A stretch of 64,000 nucleotides of DNA from Candidatus Woesebacteria bacterium. Lineage in GTDB: Bacteria > Patescibacteriota > Microgenomatia > UBA1400 > UBA12108. Within the stretch, counting starts at the first letter, position 1. Every line of letters begins with the position of its first letter. The DNA lies in contig JAGOVG010000003.1 in assembly GCA_018060845.1 (NCBI GenBank), positions 21,759-85,758 on the forward strand, written 5' to 3'. This document shows, in pieces, positions 57,439 through 64,000 of the stretch. The notes below the pieces were generated by a model. That model saw only the letters and a program-made list of their open reading frames with translations, was not told the DNA's origin and ran no database searches. The translations under genes were made by a program, and so were the position numbers.

Positions 57439-58671
57439 TTATGCGAACTGCACGGCGGGCGTGACGTCGTCGCGCTGACCAGCGGCGGAACGCTTGAGGG
57501 CAATGGCGACCGGAATCGTGATCAATGAACTGTAAAAAACCAGCCCTTGGATCATATCCGGGTTGACGTGGAGCGAGTGTGCCACTTCAACGGAGAGCCA
57601 CGAGGCCACCGCGAAACAACACAAACTTGCGTTAATGATTTTGATCCACATCAAAGTCGCAAGTTCACCATCACGCCGTTTCTGGACATACATCGCTGGC
57701 AGCAAACAAACAACAGTGATAACGAGAATCACAGTCATTGCAGCCATAGACAGCCAGAAAACGCGCCAAGTAAGGATGGAGTGGAAATCGAGGACTACCA
57801 TAATGCAACCAACGATCAAGACAACGAGAAAGTTGCCTAGTTCGTGGATATGATGGTGAAATCGATGTACTCGATCGGCGTCCATCTTTTTCTCGAAAGC
57901 ATTCTCAATGTAGCCAGCGATGCAAAGCACCAAGATGGGAAGAAACATCCCGAAATTGGCGAGTTCTGCAGCTACGATCGAGATCGCAATCCACACAAAG
58001 AACTCCTTGGTTTTCGAGATTCCTACTCCCTCACAGAACTTTCGCCATGAGACACGGATCACGAGTAGCCCTGCGATCGCAACCAATGCGAAACCAAAGG
58101 CTTTCATCGCCAATGCTTTTCCAAGCAAAACAACGAGGTCAATCGTACTAGCGGCTCCGTCGTTGGCTTGGCTATAGATCAAGTTTGTGTGGGTCGCAAA
58201 CTCGGACCGAGTAACGTTCTTCACACCACCTAGATCTTTGGCGAGGAGCCATGATTTGCCAAAATCGTCTACAGACAACGTATCATCCTTCGATGACTTT
58301 GCTCCTGCCGACTCGGCAATCAACGCCCCAATCGGATCGCTAGCTGAGCCAGCCGACCCAATTCTTCCGGCGAACAACCCAGCCGGGTATCCAAACATCA
58401 TCGCCAACGCGCGAAGTACAATTGCGCGTAATACGACGGCAACCATCAACCAACTAAGCGTTGGCCATGTTGCTTTCCATTCATACAGTTTAGAACGAAA
58501 CCCTAAAATCAGAGCTTCGTTACCAACAGCCAGGGCTATAATTACGCCCATTTGGCTAAAAAACATCGCGAGGTTAAGGTGGTGGTAAAGTTCGCCATTC
58601 ACACCTTCTCCACCGTTTGCAACGGTCAAAATTACAGCCGCTGCGAATACTACCAAACTAATCACTTTCAT
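57439..58671 (-). CDS. hypothetical polytopic membrane protein in a GC-elevated segment (possibly cation:proton antiporter-like)
   Basis: Start MKVISL with an AGGAGA RBS. Multiple TM helices. GSAGSASDPIGALIAESAG resembles the CPA SxTDP motif. Local GC is visibly higher than surrounding genes. Confidence 0.4.
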   Translation of the reverse strand: MKVISLVVFAAAVILTVANGGEGVNGELYHHLNLAMFFSQMGVIIALAVGNEALILGFRSKLYEWKATWPTLSWLMVAVVLRAIVLRALAMMFGYPAGLFAGRIGSAGSASDPIGALIAESAGAKSSKDDTLSVDDFGKSWLLAKDLGGVKNVTRSEFATHTNLIYSQANDGAASTIDLVVLLGKALAMKAFGFALVAIAGLLVIRVSWRKFCEGVGISKTKEFFVWIAISIVAAELANFGMFLPILVLCIAGYIENAFEKKMDADRVHRFHHHIHELGNFLVVLIVGCIMVVLDFHSILTWRVFWLSMAAMTVILVITVVCLLPAMYVQKRRDGELATLMWIKIINASLCCFAVASWLSVEVAHSLHVNPDMIQGLVFYSSLITIPVAIALKRSAAGQRDDVTPAVQFA

Positions 58672-59010
58672 TTCGGTACGATCTCCTATTCTTTTTTTGT
58701 CTTTTGCCGAGACTTGGAATATAGCGAGCAAAACCTAATTACTATAAGTTCCACTATCTATACCCCAAGCTTGCTAAGAAAATTAGGAGAATTTTGCGTG
58801 TCGTGTTGTTAAAGTGCGAATAGGAAGTAAATAACTAGACGCAAATGTCTATTGTTACCCCTAAACACCAAAAAAGAGTCCTTCCCTCCCCCCATTCATG
58901 CGTCTTAAGCACTTTGGTGATGAGTTAGTTGACTCCTCCTATATACGGGTTTACACACCCACTACACCGGGGATCATAGCACTTTTTCGGAAAATTTCAA
59001 GATTATAGGG

Positions 59011-59322
59011 CTAATTAACAGTCTCTTCTACTGACGGAGCCCACCACTTTTCGTGATTACGCCATCCCAACCAACCAAGCTTTACCAACACCATCCCTAA
59101 TCCAACATTTGCCAACACACTATCCTCTCCCATAATCGCCTTAATCGCAAACACCGACTCAGGTACTAGTGTTGCAAACTCCGCGATCGCAGTCCATGCC
59201 TTACGGCGAAATTTTTCAGTTGCTTCATCTGTGCCCGCAATCCAAGCCATCTCAACAAATTGCTGCATCCCACCAATTCCAATACCACCACAAAACGCTA
59301 ATAGCGGATCCATTTCAGTCAT
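59011..59322 (-). CDS. hypothetical small protein (paralog pair member)
   Basis: CGGIGIGGMQQFVEMAWIAG resembles SLGVAGGLVVSETQYQIERAWIEK in the adjacent 59352-59675 ORF. Confidence 0.3.
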   Translation of the reverse strand: MTEMDPLLAFCGGIGIGGMQQFVEMAWIAGTDEATEKFRRKAWTAIAEFATLVPESVFAIKAIMGEDSVLANVGLGMVLVKLGWLGWRNHEKWWAPSVEETVN

Positions 59323-59351
59323 ACTTTTCTCCTTCGGCGTCGATTATACAC

Positions 59352-59675
59352 CTAGCGAGTATTTGTGGCTCGCAACAGCGCCCTATCTCTATCTAACCAC
59401 CGCACCTTATCTGCCAAATAGCCTACACAGAATCCCGCAACCTCGATTCTTTGCTCAAGCACTGCTGCAGCAAACAAAACCACGGCACAAACACTAGCTC
59501 CCACCTCAGCCATACAACTCCACACGATTGCATGGACATAATCACTATCATTCCGCTTGTTTTTCTCGATCCATGCGCGCTCGATCTGATATTGCGTTTC
59601 TGATACCACCAAACCCCCAGCTACACCAAGAGAAAAATCTACAGCAGGTATGGTAAAAACCTCAGCTCCTGTCAT
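59352..59675 (-). CDS. hypothetical small protein (paralog pair member)
   Basis: See 59011-59322. One hydrophobic segment. Confidence 0.3.
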   Translation of the reverse strand: MTGAEVFTIPAVDFSLGVAGGLVVSETQYQIERAWIEKNKRNDSDYVHAIVWSCMAEVGASVCAVVLFAAAVLEQRIEVAGFCVGYLADKVRWLDRDRALLRATNTR

Positions 59676-59689
59676 GTAATAAGGAATTT

Positions 59690-59833
59690 TTATTCTTCAA
59701 CAGCTGATAGTAGTCCCTTGAGCTGCTCTTCGACTGCTTTCCAGTCGCCATTAGCACCTCGGATCTCTTCAAAGATCCACTGTAGGTCTACTAGGATTTG
59801 ATCATCCTTGACTATCATTTTTGTTTTTGACAT
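59690..59833 (-). CDS. hypothetical 47-aa protein (MSKTKMIVKDDQILVDLQWIFEEIRGANGDWKAVEEQLKGLLSAVEE)
   Basis: Clean short ORF in the gap upstream of the 59352 gene. Not in the supplied track because it is under 60 aa. No RBS evaluated. Confidence 0.2.
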   Translation of the reverse strand: MSKTKMIVKDDQILVDLQWIFEEIRGANGDWKAVEEQLKGLLSAVEE

Positions 59834-59896
59834 ATCTTCCCTTCTCAGTCTTACAAAAAGACTGTGTATGGGTACCTTAGTATTTGTATTTTCGCT

Positions 59897-61150
59897 TTAT
59901 TTGTAACCAACTGGTACTTCGGTGAGTACTGGACCGAGACTCATACGGCGATTCGCTGGGTCTACGTTCTCGACTAAGACCTCGATCTCCTCACCAGCAG
60001 TCAGTTCAGGGAAGCTGCCCATGCGGGACACATGGATTAGTCCGTCTACGCCTGGCTCAAAGTTAACGAAGGTTCCAAATGGCGCGCTACGTGACACCTT
60101 GCCCTTAACAGTAGTACCGGCTGGGTATTTGTCTCCTGCAGTTGACCATGGATCATTCTTGAGCTGCTTGATAGAGAGGTTCAGTTTACCTGTCCCCTCC
60201 TCAACTCCCATTACTTTAACCTGAGCACTGTCTCCGACCTTGAGGTACTTGTGGATATCATCCACCTTCTCCCATGAGATCTCAGAGATATGGACTAGTC
60301 CCTCAACAGTAACGGAACCGACATGGATCGCCACAAATGCACCAAAGTTAAGTACTCCTGTGACCTTGCCCTCTAGTTGGTCGCCAACCTTAACAGCTTT
60401 GAGTGCAGTCTCGCGCTCAGCCATTACAGCTGCTTCGGATACATGTTTTTCAGAGAAGATAAGTCTATTCTTTTCGCGGTCGACTTCGATAGGCTTAACT
60501 GCGATAGCTTTGCCAACGAGTCCCTGTAGGTTGCCAGCAAAGGCGCTACCAAACTGGGAACTAGGGATAAACCCGCGTAGTCCCTGCCACTTTACTATCA
60601 TTCCACCACGATTTAGCTCGACAGATTTAACCTGTACTTCGGTCTCATTCTTGAGATAATCATCTAGCATATCCCAGAGTTTGCCCATCATAGCTCTTCG
60701 GAGTGAGAGCAGGATCTGTCCCCTCTCATTCTCGTCAGATGCTACGTAAACATCGATCTCGTCACCAGGTTTGATGGTCTCGATAAATTCTTTGGCAATT
60801 TCGTATTCTTTGTCAGCCACCACTCCCTCGGTTTTGGCGCCCACATCAACTAGCACCATCTTGCGGTTAACCATGGTAACAAGGCCTGTCATTGTCTCGC
60901 CTTTTTTAGGTACCGAGAGTGTATAGCCTGCACTAGATAATAGGTCTTCCATGGTAATGGCAGATCCCTTTTTCTCAACAGTTTTTTCTACTTTTGGAGC
61001 TTTCTTTTCGACTTTTACCTCTGGTTCAGACTTAACCTCAGGTGTAGGAACGGTAGCAGTAACCTCAACTTTCTTGGCTACTTTCTTAACTACTTTTTCC
61101 TCAACTTTCTCAGATTTTTTTGTCTTAACGACTGCTTTTGCTTTTGGCAT
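59897..61150 (-). CDS. rpsA: 30S ribosomal protein S1
   Basis: Lys-rich N-terminal extension followed by four S1 domains (GETMTGLVTMVNRKMVLVDVG, GDQLEGKVTGVLNFGAFVAI, and others). Confidence 0.8.
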   Translation of the reverse strand: MPKAKAVVKTKKSEKVEEKVVKKVAKKVEVTATVPTPEVKSEPEVKVEKKAPKVEKTVEKKGSAITMEDLLSSAGYTLSVPKKGETMTGLVTMVNRKMVLVDVGAKTEGVVADKEYEIAKEFIETIKPGDEIDVYVASDENERGQILLSLRRAMMGKLWDMLDDYLKNETEVQVKSVELNRGGMIVKWQGLRGFIPSSQFGSAFAGNLQGLVGKAIAVKPIEVDREKNRLIFSEKHVSEAAVMAERETALKAVKVGDQLEGKVTGVLNFGAFVAIHVGSVTVEGLVHISEISWEKVDDIHKYLKVGDSAQVKVMGVEEGTGKLNLSIKQLKNDPWSTAGDKYPAGTTVKGKVSRSAPFGTFVNFEPGVDGLIHVSRMGSFPELTAGEEIEVLVENVDPANRRMSLGPVLTEVPVGYK

Positions 61151-61250
61151 AATAAATAATCCCCTTTCTTATAGAAATCTTATTTTACCAGAGGACAAAT
61201 CAATTCACAAGAACATTACACTTTATGAACTTTAGCCTTTATACTTTCGA

Positions 61251-61475
61251 CTAATTACCAGCACCTGGGATTAATTCTGTTGGCGAAATTTCGTATACGC
61301 TTGTGGGAACCTGTAGTGAGATAACAAAGTATCTAACTACTACCACGAGTGCACCTAACCCTAGAGCGATCAGGAGCATGCCAAAGAATTGATTATTGCG
61401 GATCCCAGTCGGACTCATCGAAGTCTTAACTACTTTTTTTGCAACTGTTTTCTTGGTGACTTTTTTCTTGGGCAT
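61251..61475 (-). CDS. hypothetical small membrane protein
   Basis: MPKKKVTKKTVAKK basic N-terminus, then one TM (FFGMLLIALGLGALVVVV). Confidence 0.3.
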   Translation of the reverse strand: MPKKKVTKKTVAKKVVKTSMSPTGIRNNQFFGMLLIALGLGALVVVVRYFVISLQVPTSVYEISPTELIPGAGN

Positions 61476-61519
61476 AGAACTCCTTATTGGTGTGTATCTA
61501 CACTCCAATATACACTATT

Positions 61520-62578
61520 TTAGTGCTCTGCAATAATCCCACCACCCACAACCACTCCCTCGCTATCATAAAACACCGCACTCTGCCCGGGAGCGAGTGC
61601 AAATATTGGCTCTTCTACTGACGCTTTGTTCCCATTTACCTCTTTAACTGGAGTTAGTTCCCCCAAGTTACGCACCCTGACCCTCAAGTCTCGCTCGTTA
61701 TCGGTATTCAAATGGAGCTTGTCCAGCCCAAAAGAGCTCAAATAGCACTCGTCGCGCACACCTACTACCAAGGTATTCAAACTCGCCTCTTTGCCAACGA
61801 CATAAAGTGGTGGCATTGATTCATTCTGAGCATGAGGGTTAATCTTAAACCCGCCTCTCGAACCGATCGTGTAGAACCAAAGTCCTTCGTGACTTCCCAC
61901 AGACACCCCTTTCCACATAACTGGTCCTGGATTAGTCCCGAGCTTTTCCTTCAAAAAATCACGCACATTCAACTCTCCAATCATGCACACTCCCATCGAA
62001 TCTGGTTTGTCTGCATTTGGCAGACCTAGTTCGTGTGCTCGCTGCCGCACCCAGCTCTTTTCGACATTACCCAGTGGCCATAAAATATGCTCAAGTTTTT
62101 CGCGCGCCACTTGCCAGAGAAAGTAGGTTTGATCTTTACTCAAATCCTTTGGCTGTTGTATGAAAAACGCTTTAACCTTCTCGCTTGTCCCTTTAACCTC
62201 TGTGATCCTCGCATAATGTCCAGTCGCCAGGTAGTCATATCCGTTTTGGATCATATATTCATAAAGCAGTCCAAACTTAATGTCTCGGTTGCAGATAATG
62301 TCTGGGTTAGGCGTCCTACCCTGCTTATACTCATCAATAAAGTAGTTAACCACTCTCTCTTTGTATTCTTTTCTTAGATCCAAGACCTTAAATGGTATGC
62401 CTAGTTTTAGAGCGACCTGGAGTGCATCTTTTTTATCTTGGTCAGTCCGGCACCCTGGCTCGTTGTAGGCCTCGACAAATACCCCATGAACCTCATATCC
62501 TTGCTCTTTCAGCATAGTGGCAACCACAGAAGAGTCCACTCCCCCACTCATCCCCACTAGTACTTTTTTACTTATCAT
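61520..62578 (-). CDS. mnmA: tRNA-specific 2-thiouridylase MnmA
   Basis: PP-loop VLVGMSGGVDSSV. Conserved Cys residues. Length and collinearity with MnmA/TrmU. Confidence 0.85.
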   Translation of the reverse strand: MISKKVLVGMSGGVDSSVVATMLKEQGYEVHGVFVEAYNEPGCRTDQDKKDALQVALKLGIPFKVLDLRKEYKERVVNYFIDEYKQGRTPNPDIICNRDIKFGLLYEYMIQNGYDYLATGHYARITEVKGTSEKVKAFFIQQPKDLSKDQTYFLWQVAREKLEHILWPLGNVEKSWVRQRAHELGLPNADKPDSMGVCMIGELNVRDFLKEKLGTNPGPVMWKGVSVGSHEGLWFYTIGSRGGFKINPHAQNESMPPLYVVGKEASLNTLVVGVRDECYLSSFGLDKLHLNTDNERDLRVRVRNLGELTPVKEVNGNKASVEEPIFALAPGQSAVFYDSEGVVVGGGIIAEH

Positions 62579-62831
62579 ATCGCGTTATTGTATCCGTTGA
62601 CGCTCACAGGTACAACTGTTAATATCAATTTATGACTCTAACACATTCTGACTTAAATGCTATTCAAGAGTTGATTATTCAGCAATTTACCAAACATCTA
62701 AAGCCGATCAAAAAGGATATCAAAGATATCAAGACTACTCAGAATCTAATTATTGGCCAGTTCGACCAAAGAATAAATCATCTCGAAAAACATACGACGC
62801 ACCCACCAAAAGTGACTACATTTATTCCACT

Positions 62832-64000
62832 CTAACCCACCACGACCGCAAATTGTTTTAAGTCACGTCTCCCAATCAAGATTTTAGTCCTGAGTCTAGA
62901 TCGATCAGCGATCGAGATTTGTGTCTTTACTCTCCTGCCCGCCATCACAAATGTTACCCCCACTATTTTTCTGCGTTTACGGCCGTTCGCATTACTAAAA
63001 TAGTCGTAGTAGAGCACATTATCACTATCAGTCAAACCTAATTCATGCGCTAGTGACTCATCTATACTACTCCCGTCTGCACCCGTATCTATCTTTGCTG
63101 TAATAGTCAGAATCTTTCCATTTAGTCCTTGGACCTCCACTTCCTCGTATGCTCCGACTGTTTTTCTCCCGAGCCCCTTCTCTTGTAGTTTGGGGTCAGC
63201 AAAGAGCGCTTGAGCAACTCTGATCCCATGCCTAGGTGAGACCACCTTTAGGCCCTGTACGCGGTTTAGGCGCTCCCACAGGCCTGCTCTATTTGCTATC
63301 TGGATCTTGAGTCCTGGCTGAGCGTTTACCTCCAGAATCATCGGCACTGCCCCAGTTGGTTCGTCTGATGCTACTTTACCCTTTATACTTTCACCTTTAA
63401 CCTTGTCTACCGTCTGCAAAACAATGTCTGATGCCATATACCCGAGTCCAATTGCCTTAGATGCTGCGATCGCTGTCTCTAGTATCTCCTCCCATTGTGG
63501 GATATGGATCCCAGCTAGTTTGCGCCTAGTCCCAGGGAATACATCGATTGGCCTCCCATGATGCACCCCGTAAGTCGTAATACCTGTAGCTATATCTATA
63601 CCTGCAGCAGCTGCTCCTTGAAACAAATTAGCTCTCCCACCAGACTCTTCAGTCGGCAATCTCACATAGCTCATTATCGGTATCTCATTAAAGACGATTA
63701 CTCGTATGTCAGGGGTACCATGGTAGCTATACTTCTCAAATACTGGATGTACTCTCACTCGCTCTTCAATATATGCGATATCAGGCTGATCATCCATCGA
63801 ATATCGACCAGACAAAATATCTGCGATATGTAACCTGATATCTGCAGTTGCAAAAGTATCTCCCTGCGAATCTATCCACTCACCCGCAAATTCTCCTTGG
63901 CGCTCTATAACTACTATCCCCTCACCTCCTAACCCATTGTTAGGCTTAACTACAAAATCTGGCGGTAATGTTAAAAAATCAAAGTTGTCTAACTGCTCAA
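62832..64000 (-). CDS. ATP-grasp (RimK-like) enzyme fused to C-terminal retropepsin-like aspartic protease domain. Partial, N-terminus outside window.
   Basis: Frame open to the window edge (…LPPDFVVKPNNGLGGEGIVVI…). SGGRANLFQGAAAAG and MILEVNAQPGL are ATP-grasp RimK-like motifs. C-terminal AKIDTGADGSS is the DTGA aspartyl protease motif. Confidence 0.55.
   Translation of the reverse strand, partial: EQLDNFDFLTLPPDFVVKPNNGLGGEGIVVIERQGEFAGEWIDSQGDTFATADIRLHIADILSGRYSMDDQPDIAYIEERVRVHPVFEKYSYHGTPDIRVIVFNEIPIMSYVRLPTEESGGRANLFQGAAAAGIDIATGITTYGVHHGRPIDVFPGTRRKLAGIHIPQWEEILETAIAASKAIGLGYMASDIVLQTVDKVKGESIKGKVASDEPTGAVPMILEVNAQPGLKIQIANRAGLWERLNRVQGLKVVSPRHGIRVAQALFADPKLQEKGLGRKTVGAYEEVEVQGLNGKILTITAKIDTGADGSSIDESLAHELGLTDSDNVLYYDYFSNANGRKRRKIVGVTFVMAGRRVKTQISIADRSRLRTKILIGRRDLKQFAVVVG

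Overview
This window reads as a compact, moderately AT-rich bacterial genome with a strong Candidate Phyla Radiation / Patescibacteria flavour. Supporting signs are a 3069-aa giant surface protein, a type IV pilin, comEA/comEC, an archaeal-type NadM NMN adenylyltransferase, many secreted Ser/Thr/Pro-rich proteins, and TGA used as a stop codon. Housekeeping genes are leuS, obg, rho, prs, pyrF, radA, rpsA, mnmA, tRNA-Ala(GGC), a PfkB kinase, a HAD hydrolase, a Na+/H+ antiporter, an SPFH protein, an Ogt-like protein, an M23/LysM peptidase and a SIMPL protein. Roughly 1-5.2 kb, 8.3-10.2 kb and 17.5-39.3 kb are cell-surface accessory DNA. The most striking content is a set of proteins with cohesin-like modules (one anchored by N-terminal TM helices, one also carrying a dockerin-like tail, one fused to an FN3-like domain and a Pro/Thr linker). 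It is paired with at least four secreted proteins ending in a dockerin-type Ca-binding module (D-x-N-x-D-G-x-V-[DN]-x-x-D plus a conserved ILDFNxIISNFGK tail). This looks like a cellulosome-style cohesin-dockerin surface assembly in a non-cellulolytic episymbiont-like genome. Other accessory features follow. There are four tandem copies of a two-gene cassette: a secreted Thr/Ser-rich protein ending Y-x-A-T-(P/G)-x-(Y/F), then a signal-peptide plus C-terminal-TM protein, three of the four copies sharing a PGGH(Y/F) motif. This is architecturally reminiscent of Firmicutes WxL/DUF916 csc clusters. The giant protein is translationally coupled (ATGA overlap) to a Cys-rich type IV pilin, which is followed by a Wzy_C-like/TPR membrane protein. 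A GIY-YIG (YhbQ-like) gene starts directly after the CCA of tRNA-Ala and is bracketed by identical 32-nt repeats and degenerate tRNA-like copies. A ~130-nt noncoding element occurs twice (24.96 kb and 52.05 kb) with covarying closing helices. comEC is split into two ORFs around a hairpin. There is a solitary IS200-like Y1 transposase gene. There is an 875-bp hairpin-rich noncoding stretch. There is a GC-elevated membrane-protein gene. No rRNA or CRISPR arrays were seen.
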